The translations under genes and the position numbers were made by a program. A model generated the notes under the pieces. It was not told the origin of the DNA, did not search any database, and saw nothing but the letters and a program-made list of their open reading frames with translations. This document shows, in pieces, positions 1-13,092 of a stretch of 64,000 nt of DNA (position 1 is its first letter; the number at the start of each line of letters is the position of its first letter). Origin of the DNA: Mustelus asterias (lineage: Eukaryota); NCBI RefSeq assembly GCF_964213995.1, contig NW_027591885.1, positions 1-64,000 on the forward strand, in the 5' to 3' direction.

Positions 1-47
1 TTGGGGCATAACAATCGAGCGATAATACCACTGGCCCTTCGGTTCCT

Positions 48-467
48 ATGTGTGCTTGTGTTCTAATGTCTCGGAGAGTTTGTATGTGTGGGTTTTTGTC
101 CCTCCGCCTCGAGGAGGTTATGGGTCTTTGTTTGTCTCCCTGTGTCTCTATGAATGTTTGTGCGCATGTGTTTGTGTTCCTCTGTCTCCAGGAGAGTTTG
201 TTTGTGTGTGTTTGTGTTCAGTGTCTCTCGCAGAGATTGTGTGAGTGTGTGTGTTCTTGTGTCTCTCGGAGAGTTTGTGTGTGGGTTTCCGTTTCTGTGG
301 GTCTAGGAGATATTGTGTGTGGGTTTGCATTACGGTGTCTCTTGGAAGGTTTGTGGGTTTGTGTTTGTGTTTCTGCGTGAGTGTTTGTCTGTTTGTGAGT
401 GTGCATGTGCTTTGGTGTCTCCAGGAGAGTTTGGGTTGTGTTTGTGTTCTGTGACTCGACGAGTATT

Positions 468-501
<34 letters not shown>

Positions 502-690
502 GCGAGGAAGGAGGGGGGGGGGCGCTGTTCTTGCGCTGCTAGGAGAGTTTGCACCAAGATGTGTGTTCCTGAGTCTCAAGGAGAGTTTGTGCGTGGGTTT
601 GTGTTCCTGTGTCTCTCGAAGAGGTTATGTGTGCGTGTGTGTGTGTGTGTATTTTTGCGTCTTTGTCAACACCACCTCAGTGAAACTGGT
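48..690. repeat. TG-rich degenerate minisatellite with embedded (GA)n
   Basis: Recurrent tgtgtctc(t/c)(c)ggagagtttgtgtgtgggttt units about 40 bp apart; (GA)n at about 485-500. The overlapping C/V-rich ORFs are artefacts. Confidence 0.85.
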
Positions 691-744
691 GATTTCTTCT
701 CCAGCCCGTTGTATGATTTTGTTTTTTATTTCTTTGCCTTCGAG

Positions 745-1766
745 TGAACATGCTCACAATTGTGACGCTGAAGAGCCGGAACTGTGGTCTGTCCAAATGC
801 GTCACTCGATATCTGGTGTCCATGTCATTGGGGGATCTAATGGTCGTTTATCTTGACCTGATACTGAGACATATTCCCATTGTTCATGCGGAACATTTTC
901 AATTCCTGTTGTCCATACCCGTGTGTAACATCCACGCCGTCCTGCTTTATGCAGCCACTGACTGTTCTGTCTGGTTCACTGTCACTTTCACCTTTGATCG
1001 ATTTGTGGCCATTTGCTGTGCCAAGCTGAAAAGTAAATATTGCAGTGAGAAAACGGCAGCTGTGGTTCTGGGAACAGTGACGGTGCTGAGCTGTTTAAAG
1101 AACATTTTCTGGTATTTTATGTTAACCAGTGATTATTGGCTGAAGAACATACCCTGGTTTTGTAGCTCTACATCATATGTTGACTATTCTCTGGCCTGGG
1201 TGGGAATTGTGTTCCTCCACAACATTCTGAACCCATGTGTTCCATTTGTCCTGATTTTGCTGCTCAACGTCTTCACCATCAGACAAATTTTAGTGAGCAG
1301 CAGAGCCCGCAGGAGACTCCGAGCTCATAGCAGTGGGGAGAATCCCAGAGACCCCGAGATGGAGAGTCGAAGGAAATCCATCATTTTACTGCTTTTAATA
1401 TCAGTCAATTTCATTCTGCTATGGTCAATGACCATGGTTTTTACGACTTCTGAACGGCTTTTGTGGTTGGGGTATCAGACTAAACTTTTTCCTGTTTGCT
1501 TTCGGGAATTTGGCTTCATGCTGCAGCTCCTGAGTTGCTGCACAAACACTGCAATTTACGCTGTGGCACAGACTCAGTTCAGACAGCAGATGAAAAATGT
1601 GTTGAAATTTCCTTTCACTAAAATTCTTCAATTCATTAAACTCTGCGGAAAACCCACACACACGGCCTCTCTAATTTCCTATTGGACATTCAAACTTTAT
1701 TACACAAACCATCCTCATACTGATTGGACAGATGAAACAGCACCATCAGCTCTGCTCTGCAACTGA
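745..1766 (+). CDS. GPCR gene A exon 2: class A 7TM receptor, GPR139/GPR142-like (exon 1 not found in the window, presumably upstream)
   Basis: Polypyrimidine tract plus AG at 743-744, phase 1 (g|TG AAC = VN). Motifs CGLSKCVTRYL, DL in TM2, VCNIHAVLLYAATDCSVWFTVTFTFDRFVAICC, VPFVLILLLN, DPEMESRRKSIILL and LQLLSCCTNTAIY. Open to TGA at 1764-1766. Confidence 0.9.
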
Positions 1767-1994
1767 TCACTCCGCCTATCCATCATTGTGGTTCTTGACA
1801 GTGACTGGACAGAAATGGGCCATTCACCATTTCTGCTCTTCCATTTGTCAGCCAAATTGCCCATCGTCACAACCCGTCACCAGCCTCCCAGTGTTTCTGC
1901 CACTTCATTGGCCAGTCAGTATGTTCATCACCTTCATCACTTACAAAGATTGGATCCCAATCCTCCAATCAGGAATAGTGGTTCATGGTTGGCC

Positions 1995-2045
1995 GGGGGT
2001 GGGGGGGGGGGGGGGGGGGGGTGGGGTGGGGAGGGAAGTGGGGGT
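1995..2045 (+). other. G-rich tract with G-quadruplex potential
   Basis: ggggg-t-poly(G)-tggggtggggagggaagtgggggg, just 3' of gene A. Confidence 0.5.
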
Positions 2046-2149
2046 ACGTAAGATGTGAGGTAAATGGGTTTGCACAGGCAGGTGCACTACAGCAGCACCA
2101 GCCACAAGCTGAGCAAGGCCAACTGACTGACCGAGCAAGTGAGGCCAAC

Positions 2150-3862
2150 TACACCAAAAATCAGGAAAAAAGTTAAAAGGAAGGAGAACTCAGGAAGTGT
2201 TAGAATCCAAAAAGAAGGTACAAAAACTAGCATAAGGGCACTTTATCTGAATGGTCATTGCATTCAAAACAAGGTAAATGAGTTGACGGCACAAATCATT
2301 GTGAACGAATGTGATTTGGTGGCCATTTCAGAGACATGGTTGCTGGATGGTCAAGATTGGGAGTTACATGTCCAGGGGTATCAGATTGTTTGGACGGACC
2401 GAGAGGGAGGTGGTGTAGCTCTGATATTTAAGGATGACATCAGGGCGGTAGTGAGAGACGATTTTGGTTCTATGGAACAAAAGGTTGAATCTATTTGGGT
2501 GGAAATTCGAAATAGTGAGAAGAAAAAGTCACTGATAAGCATAGTCTATAGGCCACCAAATAAGGACATCATGGTGGGGCGAGAAATAAACAAAGAAATA
2601 ACTGACGCATGTAAATATGGTACAGCAATTATCATGGAGGTTTTAATCTACACATCAATCGGTCAAACCAAGTCGGCCAAGGCAGCCTTGAGGAGGAGTT
2701 CATAGAATGTATCCGCGATAGCTTCCTTGGACAGTATCTAATTGAACTTACGAGGGAGCAAGCTGTCCTAGATCTGGTCCAGTGTAATGAGATAGGAATA
2801 ATTAATGATCTTGCAGTGAGGGATCCTCTCGGAAACAGTGATCACAGTATGGTTGAATTTAAAATACAGATGGAACGTGAGAAGGTAAAATCCGATACGA
2901 ATGTCTTGTGCTTAAACAAAGGTGATTACAAATGAATGAGGGAGGCGTTGGCAAAGGTAGACTGGAAGCAAAAATGTCATGGTTGGAGAATTGAGCAACA
3001 GTGGAGGACTTTCAAAGCGATCTTTCATAGTGCACAGTAAACGTATATACCCGTGATAAGGAGCGACTGTAGAAAAAGAGATAATCGGCCATGGATATCT
3101 GAGGAAATGAGGGAGGGTATCAAATTAAAAGGAAATGCATACAAAGTGGCAAAGAGTATTGGGAAATTAGAGGATTGGAAAGTCTTTAACGGTTAACAGA
3201 AAGCCATGAAAAAAGCTATAAAGAAAAATAAGATGGATTATGAGAGTAAACAAGCTCAGAATATAAAAACGGATTGCAAACGTTTTCACAACTGTATAAA
3301 ACGAAAATGAGTAGCTAAAGTAAACATTGGTTCTTTACAGGATGAGAAGGGGGATGTAATAACTGGAAATGAGAAAATGGCTGTGGCATTGAACAGGTAT
3401 TTTGTGTCAGTCTTCACAGTGGAAGACACAAATAACATGCCGAAAATTGGTGACAGGAAGTCTCTGGCAAGTGAGGGCCTAGAAACTATCATTATCACGA
3501 AAGACGTAGTGTTGGACAAGTTAATGGGGCTAAATGTAGACAAGTCTCCTGGTCCTGATGGAATGCATGCCAGGGTAATAAAGGAAATGGCGGGAGAAAT
3601 AGCAAATGCACGAATGGTAATTTACCAAATTTCGCTGGACTCTGGGGTTGTTCCCGCACATTGGAAAACAGCAAAAGTGACGCCACTGTTTAAAGAAAAA
3701 GGTAGACAAAAGGCATGTAACTATCGGTCGGTTACCTTAACGTCTTTAGTGGGGAAAATGCATCAATCTATCACCAAGGAAGAAATAGCGAGACATCTGG
3801 ATATAAAATGTCCCATTGGTAAGACGCAGCATGGCTTCATGAAGGGAAGGTCAAATTTGACT
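2150..3862 (+). mobile_element. CR1 LINE internal fragment (APE endonuclease to early RT), degenerate
   Basis: ALYLNGHCIQNK, AISETWL, IVYRPP, KSPGPDG, NYRSVTLTS and QHGFMKGRS, with stops and frameshifts; no 3' end. Confidence 0.9.
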
Positions 3863-3935
3863 GAATGACTGAGCGAGTAATGCAGACTGAATGATAAGTG
3901 AGGCCGACTGACCAACTGGCCGAGTGAAGCTTTTT

Positions 3936-4200
3936 GGGTGGCATGGTGGCAAATTGCTTAGCACTGCTGCATCACAGATCCAGGGACCCGGGTTCGAATC
4001 CCAGCTTGGGTCACAGTCTGTGTGGAGATCGCACGTGCTCCTCGTGTCTGTGTGGGTTTTCTCTGAGTGCTCCTGTTTCCTCTCACATTCTGAAAGACGT
4101 GCTGGTTCGGTGCATTGACCCCAACAGACCCCGGATTGCGGCGACTCGTGGAATTTCACAGTAACTTAATTGCAGTGTTAATGTGACTTGTGACTAATCA
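3936..4200 (+). mobile_element. HE1-related tRNA-derived SINE with alternative 3' tail
   Basis: Head gggtggcatggtggc..ttagcactgctgc, B box ggttcgaatccc, central gggtttt..gtgctcc; tail cacagtaacttaattgcagtgttaatg. Confidence 0.85.
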
Positions 4201-5644
4201 ACAAATGATCAAGCAAGCCAGTGTGGCTGAATCACCGACCAATTGAGTGAGGCTGAATGCTGAGACCGATACATATACCAAGTGAGCGAGGCCGACTGAC
4301 TGACCGAGCAAGTGAGGCCGACTTTCCGACTGATTGAATAAGGCAGACAGGCCAAAAGATAAATGAAGACTGACCAAGCGGGTGAGGCTAACTGAGCAAG
4401 CAAGGCCGACTGACCGACTGAGTGAATAAGTCAGAATGACCAAGCAATTGAGGCCGATCTCCCTCGACAGATTTATGAGAACAACTAAAGTAAAAATTCA
4501 ATGTGCATCATTATCTGGCACGATATCAAAACAAACACGAACATGCACCCCAGGCAATAATATCAAGCTCAATAACGCAATTAATTGCTAAAACATACTC
4601 ATGTGCCTTATCAATCATGCACGCTGCAGCAACAACCTGAAAGTTTATTCAATTCTGTGTGCTTAGAAAGTTTTACATATCCTGATAATTATTGTTTCAT
4701 TTTGCAACTTAGAATTTCGTTTCTCGATTGGAACACAGATTTCTTCACCTTTATATTGGCTATCAAGCTGCTTTTAAATTCATTGTAACAAAAGAAAATT
4801 AACGCAGTGTTACCAGGTCGAATCTAAAATGATCGATAATCTCATACAGCCTGCATTTGTTACACTGTCCAACGTTACAATTAATTGCGAATTGATCATC
4901 GAATTTGCTGTCACAGGGATACATCAAATAACAGAATCTATGTCTGAAAGAGAGCATCACCCTCCATCAACTTTAGCCTTCTGAGTTATGAAGGCACAGA
5001 TCAGTGGATTTTTGATTATGGATTCTGGGCTCACAAGAAAGCTATAGCCATTATGTTTCTTTGTGATTGTGGTCTTGCTCTGTACCGCTTTATTTCCGTT
5101 ATCCATCTCTGTTTCAATACAAAAAAATAGCACGAGTTGTCAAAACTCTTGTTGTGTTTGCTCAATATGGAAAATAATCAAAGCCTCTTATGTTTCCTGG
5201 TCCCGATTTTACTGCGGGAATTTCCATATAGAATTAGATCACTACAAACTGATGGGTGGCGGAAATCACATGACCACAGACAAAGGGTGAATTCAGAAAT
5301 GAAAAACCGCTTTCTTTAATGGGCACGTGCTGCGGGTTGGGGGGACGGGGGCGGTGACTGGAATCAGTGTTGTCCAAATTAAACCCGCTCTCTGCCCCTC
5401 GCACGTGTCACACAGTTCACCGTGATCAAATGGAATGTGCCATCTGATTAACACTTGAATTGGTTGTCACACCCGAAACAAACAACTGCATCCTTTAGGA
5501 AATTCAGCTGGTCAATGGCAGGGTATCATAATCCCAAAGGGAAACTTGAATCAGCTGCCACAAAAGGTGTGCACTCTGTATGAAACGTTGAATCATCTAA
5601 AATCGCAATAAATGCATTTTAAAACAATTATCATGATGGTTTGT

Positions 5645-6360
5645 ATTGATTTGATTTGATTTATTACTCACATGTACTATCATACACTGAAAAAGTATTG
5701 TTTCTTGAGCTATAAACACAAAACCTGCAGCTCATAGAGAAGGAAATGAGAGAGTGCAGAGTGTAGAGTTCCAGTCATAGCAGTGTTGTGGAGAAAGATC
5801 AACTGAATGCAAGGTAAGTCCATTGAAAATTCTGACGGCAGCAGGGAAGAAGCTGTCCTTGAGTCGATTAGTGTGCGACCTCAGATTTTTGTATCTTTTT
5901 CCCGACGGAAGAAGGTGGAAGAGAGAATGGCCGGGGTGCTTGGGGTCCTTAATTATGTTGGCTACTTTGCCGACGCAACGGGAAGTGTGGACAGAGTCAA
6001 TGGATGTGAGACTGTTTGCGTGATGGATTGGGTTGCATTGACCACCTTTTGTACTTCCTTGCGGTATTGGGCAGAGCAGGAGCCAGAACAAGCTGTGATA
6101 CAAGCAGAAAGAATGCTTTTTATGCTGCATCTGTAAACGTTTGTGAGAGTCGTGGCTGATAGGCCAAATTTCCTTAATCTTCAGACGACATAGAGGCATT
6201 GGTGGGCATTCTTAACTATAGTGTCGGCATGGGGAGACCAGGATAGGTTGTTGGTGTTCTGGACACTAAAAACGTGAAGCTCTCGACCCTTTCTACTTCG
6301 TCCCCGTTGATGTAGACAGGGGCATGTTCTCCTTTACACTTCCTAACGTCGATGACAATC
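5645..6360 (-). mobile_element. Rex1/Babar-like non-LTR retrotransposon 3' fragment
   Basis: Minus-strand HPGHSLFHLLPSGKRYKNLRSHTNRLKDSFFPAAVR C-terminus; (CAAAT)n tail at about 5647-5663. Confidence 0.7.
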
Positions 6361-6869
6361 TGTTGTATATTCAAGGTCACAGGTTAATAAAAATGTAAAA
6401 CGTATAACACTTAAAACACGAAACACCTTTAGACAGGTCACATAATGTTCTAAACTTTTCCTGAAGGCTTTTGATTATGTGAGCTCAGATCTTAAATCCA
6501 CTTGAAGGCCTATTGGTGGGGTAGCCGAGTTGACCAGTACTGTCAGGAAATGTCAGACCATAGAACATTCACGAAGCCAGTGTTTCTGTAACAATGACCT
6601 AACTTTATTTAACCAGCAACTGCCAAGTGATCATCAAAGGTTCGAGTCAGCTCTCAACTAGACCAGCCGGACCACCCTGAATAGATCTGATGTTTACAAT
6701 CAAAACAGATCAAAAATAGTTTTCTCATCGATCATTCCTGCCTTATATGATCTTAACAACAATCATTTTACGAGATACTTATCAACAATAATCCCTGACA
6801 TGCACTTCAGCCAATTCTAGTTTCCCATTCAGCATAATGAGGTCTTATTCGTCCATGGAATCCGGTTAG

Positions 6870-9295
6870 AAAGATAGGGTGGTAATCGTCGGAGATTTTA
6901 ACTTTCCCAGCATTGACTGGGACAGCCATAGTATTCGAGGCTTGGATGGAGTGAAATTTGTTGAGTGCATTCAGGAGGAATTTTTCATTCCGTTTGTGGT
7001 GACAGAAGTGTTAGTGAGGGATCACTTTGGGACCAGTGACCATCATTCTATTACTTTTACGAGAGCTATGGACAATGATGGGTCTGGCCCAAAAGTTAAA
7101 ATTCTAAATTAAGGCAAGGCCAATTTTGATGGTATCAGGCAGGAACTTTCAAAAGTTAATTGAGGAGTCTGTGGGAAGGCAAAGGGACGACTGGTAAGTG
7201 GCACGCTTTCAAAAGTGTGTTCATCAGGGTTCAGGATAAACACATTCCTCTTAGAGTGAAGGGCAAGGCTGGCAGAAGTAGGGAGCCCTGGATGACTCGG
7301 GATATTGAGGCCCTGGTCAAGAAGAAGAAAGAGGCACATGACGTTCATAGGCAGTTGGAATCAAGTGAATCCCTTGAAGAGTATAGGGGGTGTAGGTGTA
7401 CAGTTAAGAGAGAAATCAGGAGGGCAAAAAGGGGACACGAAATTGTTTTGGCAGATAAGGCAAAGGAGAATCCAAAGAGCTTCTACAAATATATAAAGGG
7501 CAAAAGAGTAACAAGTGGGAGAATAGGGCCTCTTAAGGATCAACAATGTCATCTATGTGCGGATCCACAAGAGATGGATGAGATCCTAAATGAATAATTC
7601 TCAACAGTATTTGCTGTTGAGAAATGCATGGATGCCAGGGAACTTGGAGAAATAAATAGTGATGTCTTGAGTAGTGTGCATGTTACAGCGAAGGAGGTGC
7701 TGGAAGTCTTAAAGCGCATCAAGGTAGATAAATCCCCGGGACCCGATGAAGTGTATCCCAGGACATTTTGCCAGGCTAGGGAGGAAATTGCGGGTCCCCT
7801 AGCCGAGATATTTGAATCATCGATAGTCACGGGTGAGGAGCCTGAAGATTGAAGAGGGGCAAATGTTGTACCTTTGTTCAAAAAGGGCTACAGGGAAAAG
7901 CGTTGGGAACTACAGGCCAGTGAGCCTCACATCTGTGGTAGGTAAATTGTTGGAAGATATTTTGAGAGACAGGATCTACAGGCATTTAGACATGCCAGTA
8001 CTGATGGGAACAGTCAGCATGGCTTTGTGAGTGGAAAATCACGTCTCACAAATTTGATTGAGTTTTTTGAAGGGGTAACCACGAAAGGAGATGAGGGCAG
8101 TGCAGCTGATGTTGTCTACATGGACTTTAGCAAGGCCTTTGACAAGGTACCGTATGTTAGATTGTTGCATAAGGTTTAATCTCACGGGATCCAAGGTGAG
8201 GTATCTGAATGGATACAAAATTGGCTTTTTGACAGAAGCCAGAAGGTAGTTGTCGAGAGTTGTTTTTCAAACTGGAGGCCTGTGACCAGCGGTGTGCCTC
8301 AGGGATCCACTGTTATTTGTCATTCATATTAATGATTTGGATGAGAATATAGGGGACATAGTTAGTAAGTTTGCAGATTACACTAAATTGGTGGCATAGT
8401 GGAAGTGAAGAAAGCTATCTTCAATTGCAACGGGATCTTGATCAATTGGGCCAGTCGGCTGAGGAATGGTAGATGTAGTTTAATTTAGCAAAATGCGAGT
8501 TGTTGCATTTTGGTAGATTGAACGAGGGCAGGACTTACTCAGTTAATGGTAGGGCGTTGGGGAGAGTTACAAAACAAAGAGATCGAGGGGTACATGTTCA
8601 TAGCTCCTTCAAAGTGGAGTCACAGGTGGACAGAGTGGTGAAGACGGCATTCGGCGTGCTTGGTTTCATCAGTCAGAACATTGAATGCAGGAGTTGGAAT
8701 GTCTTGTTGAAGTTGGACAAGATATTGGTAAGGCCACACTTGGAATACTGTGTGCAATTCTGGTCACCCTATTGTAGAAAGGATATTATGAAACTAGAAA
8801 GAGTGCGGAAAAGATTTACCAGGATACTACCGGGGCTTGATTGATTGAGTTATAAGGAGAGGCTGGATAGACTGGGACTTTTTTCTCTGGAGCGTAGGAG
8901 GCTGAGGGCTGATCGTATACAGGTTTATGAAATAATGAGGGGCACAGATCAGCTAGATAATCAATATATTTCACTAAAGGTAGGGGAGTCTAAAACTAGA
9001 GGGCATAGGTTTAAAATGAGATGGGCGAGCCACAAAATTGTTCAGAAGGGCATTTCTTTCACACAGAGAGTGGTAGGTGTCTAGAGCAAGCTGCCAGAGG
9101 TAATTATAGAGGTGGGTACAATGCTGTCTTTTAAAAAGCATTTAGATAGTTACATCGGTACGATGGGTATAGAGGGATATGGGCCAAATGCGGGCAATTG
9201 GAATTAGCTTAGGGGTTTAAAAAAAATGAGCGGCATGGACAAGTAGGGCCGAAGGGCCTGTTTCAATGCTGTCAACCACTATGACTCTGTGACTA
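6870..9295 (+). mobile_element. CR1 (HER1-like) LINE, 5'-truncated ORF2 relic with intact 3' end
   Basis: VIVGDFNFP, GTSDH, KSPGPDE, NYRPVSLTS, VRPHLEYCVQFWSP and LGLFSLERRRLR; 3' gggccgaagggcctgttt..ctatgactct tail; internal deletion near 6995. Confidence 0.92.
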
Positions 9296-9299
9296 ATAC

Positions 9300-10090
9300 T
9301 GGGAAGGGGGTGAGGGGATAATCTTTCCAGAGTGTGGATGTTTACTCATGAAGACTGCTCAGATGGATGGGATATAAACGGTGGTGGGGGGTGCTGTTTA
9401 GATGGACAGCGTTTGGACAATCTGGGATTCCAAAGGGAGAATGGTTTCATGTCAGTGGGACTTTTCTGAAGGATGAATTTCTCGGAGTACGTGGTGGGGA
9501 TGGCGAAAACGTGCATGACTTAAATGGGATTTTAAGTTGTCGAGCGGTTTCCTCATGGTCAGTGTTCATTTACACGGAGGATCACGGAGATATAGAAGGC
9601 ATGAGTATTCAGCAAAAAGTTATAGATGAAGCGAGTTATTGCAGCAGACTGGAGCGATGTAGATAATGAATTTGTCTGCAGAAAGAAAAAGCTGCTGGTA
9701 TTGTGTGGGTATCTATTAAAAAGGCGCTGTTCAAGGCACATTGAAGAAGAACGAAGACCAACATTTCGAGAACCACACGCAGGCAGTTGTGTTATATTTG
9801 GTTGTCAGCAAGTAACTTGGAAGTGGAATAATTATTTCGATGGGGTTTTTAGCATCTTCTCCTAATTGCGGGCACCCACACGTTTTCCAGTATTCGGGAC
9901 ATATGATTATTATGGGGACATTATTTTGTTGGCTGCAGTTGGCGTTATTTTTTTCTGGAGGCATTATCTGGTGATAGAGAAATACATAGTTGTTTGGAGA
10001 TGCATATTTATTTCAAGGGCTGAAGTGGGCTCCATCATTTTCTGCGCGCTATGTAACTTCCAATATTTACTCCCAGGCACATCACAGGCA
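9300..10090 (-). mobile_element. Very old decayed LINE relic, possibly L2-like
   Basis: Faint resemblance to L2 3' sequence; shares the 17-mer gcagaaaatgatggagc with the region near 63574. Family is uncertain. Confidence 0.3.
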
Positions 10091-10099
10091 AACTTTAGA

Positions 10100-10470
10100 C
10101 ATTTGGGCCTTTATCTATGAGAACATAAATGAGTGACTGGTGATCATTTTCAAACATATAAGATCCCGAGGCAGCTTCACAGGGTGAATAGTGGAATCCG
10201 TTTTCTACTTGTGCAAGAAAATCGGGCCAGTGTGGCACTGTTCAACTTGGAGATGGGAAGATTTATTTTCTCTGTTCTCGGAGAGTGGTAGTGGCTGGGC
10301 CAGTGAATATCATTGAGTTAATATAGTTAAATAGTTTATTGCCTAACACGGGACTCAAAAGGTTATCGGGGATGGCCAGAATGTAGATTTGGACACAAAC
10401 AGATCAGTCATGATCTTATGGAATAATGGATCCGGTTTGAGTGATCTACTCCTCATCTCAATTGCTATGT
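10100..10470 (+). mobile_element. Degenerate CR1 3' fragment
   Basis: aaacatataagatcc..agggtgaat and cagatcagtcatgatcttat..ctactcct, typical CR1 3' UTR motifs. Confidence 0.6.
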
Positions 10471-10599
10471 TTTGACGGAGAAATGTTGTTGCTTTATTTT
10501 GTCAATTTGCCTGTCGTCATCGAATCAAAATAAAAATGTGGGTTATATTTTGAAATCACGACCTGCAATTATATGAATGTCCGTTTGCGTCCATTTATT

Positions 10600-10925
10600 T
10601 CCCATCCCTACATGCCCTTGACATATGTCTCGTGCTTGGCTTTTTCAGAGAGTATTTAAGAGTCAACAAGATTGCTGAGCTTGTGAAGTCAAGTGCGCCG
10701 GAGAAGGTAAAATGGCAGATTTCTGCCTGAAACTGTTGTCAAGGTTTACTGTCAATTGACAATGATTCGTGGACATCATTGGTGTTTATGGCCTGATATT
10801 TATTCCATTCACTTTTCAAATTCTGCCGTGTTGGGATTTGAATCCTGTTTCCTCCTTGAGATATGGCCTGTTTTTCTGCCAGGACGAAACAAGCGATAAT
10901 ACCACAATGTCACCCACTTCCCCAC
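10600..10925 (-). mobile_element. tRNA-derived SINE, second family (same as 40370-41000)
   Basis: Reverse complement gives a B-box-like ggattcaaatcccaacacggcagaatttgaa and gcaatcttgttgactcttaaat. The 5' end cgataataccac also occurs at window positions 20-31. Confidence 0.6.
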
Positions 10926-11874
10926 ATTCGTGAGCTGAAATATGTCTGATCCCAGAATAAATATAAAATTTGACATGATTATATTTGCCCAATATATATG
11001 GTACCAATAATGCTGCAAGCAGTTAATGTGAAATTTGGACGATCGAGTGGGATGGAGAGTGAAATTACTGCAGAGAGAATGCTTTTGTTTTTGGTCAGTT
11101 TAGAACTTAAAGTGTACATGTGAAGTGTACCCCAGTGTCTCCAGCAACTCAACTGAAGCTTTTGAAGTAGGGTGCTGGCTGTTGCTATTTTCCTATCTGT
11201 CTGTGAAGGACGCTCAAACTCTGCTCAGGTTCAGTTCTCCATCTGTTTCTCCTACATCTTTGGCTGCCGCCATATTGGTTAGCACCACCGTGCCAAGATA
11301 TTTTAATGAAGAAGGCGAAAGTAAGAAGCGAATCTTTCAGGATCAAGAAGCAACTGAACTGCGGAGCTACGAGAATGTGGATAATCAAGAAAAAAAAAGA
11401 AGATGCAACGTCAGTTCAAAAGATTGCGAAGTTATGCTTCTGGGGATTGATCCCCCTCTTCTATTTCAACATGGCGCATGACTGATAGAGGCTGTTCCCA
11501 ACCGCAAGTGATTGTGGAAAACTGGACCAGTTTTGCGCCATTACTCACTGGGCCAATTTACTCAATATGTTTCTCCTATTTAATACCCTGTTATTTTCTG
11601 TTGAGAAATAAGGAAATTGATATCACCACAGGACTAAAATATCCCATTCATAGTATTGCCTTTCCTGTGGTGTCCCAATGCATAGTTCAATTGCAAGGGG
11701 TTTGCAAGTTCAATTACTCTAATGCGAATGATTGTCTTGACTTAATTGGCTGCTTGGTTGGTTTCAAGGACAGATAAAACAACGACTTGGGATGTCTCTT
11801 GCAGCTCCACAAGTTTCAGAGTTGCGTGTGACATCTCACGCTTGTGAGCCCTGGGCAGAGAGCAGCATGCGGTG

Positions 11875-12010
11875 TTTAGCTTTCGGAGCGCTGCTCCCTC
11901 GTCAGATGGAGTGGAAATGTGCTCTCAAACAGGGCACAGAGACACACAATCAAGTTGCTACCAAATAAACCTGTTGGACTTTAACCTGGTGTTGTTAAAA
12001 CTCTTACAGA
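11875..12010. mobile_element. Penelope-like terminal repeat remnant with inverted junction and hammerhead motif (- strand)
   Basis: agctttcggagcgctgctccctcgtcagatggagtgg is joined to the oppositely oriented ccaaataaacctgttggactttaacctggtgttg. Confidence 0.8.
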
Positions 12011-13092
12011 AAGCAGCAGCCAGCTTTTCAAGAAATATGGCTTTACAAACCCTGCGCTCCCACTGGTAATCATACACACATTGAGCCATAAAACAGGGAC
12101 TCACTGGAAAGCTGGAACTCTTACCCTGGCCTGCAAAACGTTCTGTTATCTGTTACTGCCCGCAGGGACAGTGTGCCCACTCCAAGGATTTTGGGTGAGA
12201 GGAAAGACATTTCGAACCAAATATTTTTTATGAAAATTTTAATGCTGGAATCTAATGAATGGATTCGCTGGGAGGATTGCCTTCAAAACACAAGTTATCT
12301 GCGGTTGAATTACAGATGTGAATGTATTGAAGTCCGCACGGTTTTCAGTGATGTCTGGGAGTAAATTAATGACTGGAGTGTAGTCGAGGGCTTTTGTTGT
12401 GGGAGACGGATTGCAAAATAGGTTACTGGGTCTATTTGAATGCTGGAATATGATTGTAGGCCTTCAATGGTTCACGTGATCCATTTCATACATATCTAAC
12501 ATCACAAATATCTGAACGTCTTTCTGATTTCATCACACCGATAAAGTTCTGTTATTTCAGAATTGCACTGACTTTGATTTGACAAACACAAGTTCAAAAC
12601 TTTTAACATCGCCATCAGAATCGAGATAATATCGTCATAAATCACGTTTTGGGTACTTTTGGGTACTTTTCCCTCTCCGAATAGTTTTGAGCTTGGGATG
12701 TTTGAAAGCATGTTAACTTAAGTGCTGTATTTTACGTTAATTCTTTCAAACCTCAGGAGTAATGAAGAAAAGTTATTCATTTTAAGTTCCGTTGTGTGAC
12801 CTTACAAGCCTCAGTAACGAAATACATAATCAATTTAACAATGCAGTTTCTGGTGATTCTTACAAACCTAAATTAAGAAATGCCTAAATAGTTTAATCAG
12901 GTAGTTTATGTTGATGCTTACACATTTAAGTAATGATTTTAAAAGCTTTAGGGAAGTTTAATGCCTCAGTTGATGTATGCAAGCCTCCTGTAAGCTGATG
13001 TGAACTATCTCCCTGATGGTTATTTAGAATCCTGTCCAGATTGTAAATCTGGAGTCATGTCCCACAAGTATTGAAACCTCCAGCTATTAACA

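Larger units (their letters stand above)
2105..4460. repeat. About 24-bp minisatellite (gaggccgactgactgaccgagcaagt) split by a CR1 fragment and a SINE
   Basis: Units at 2105-2150, 3861-3930 and 4205-4460. Confidence 0.75.

Noticed and set aside
48-856. Cys/Val- and His/Thr-rich ORFs
   Set aside because: These are translations of the TG-rich minisatellite.
6541-6760. Possible solo LTR (TGT..ACA)
   Set aside because: No target-site duplication and no second copy in the window.
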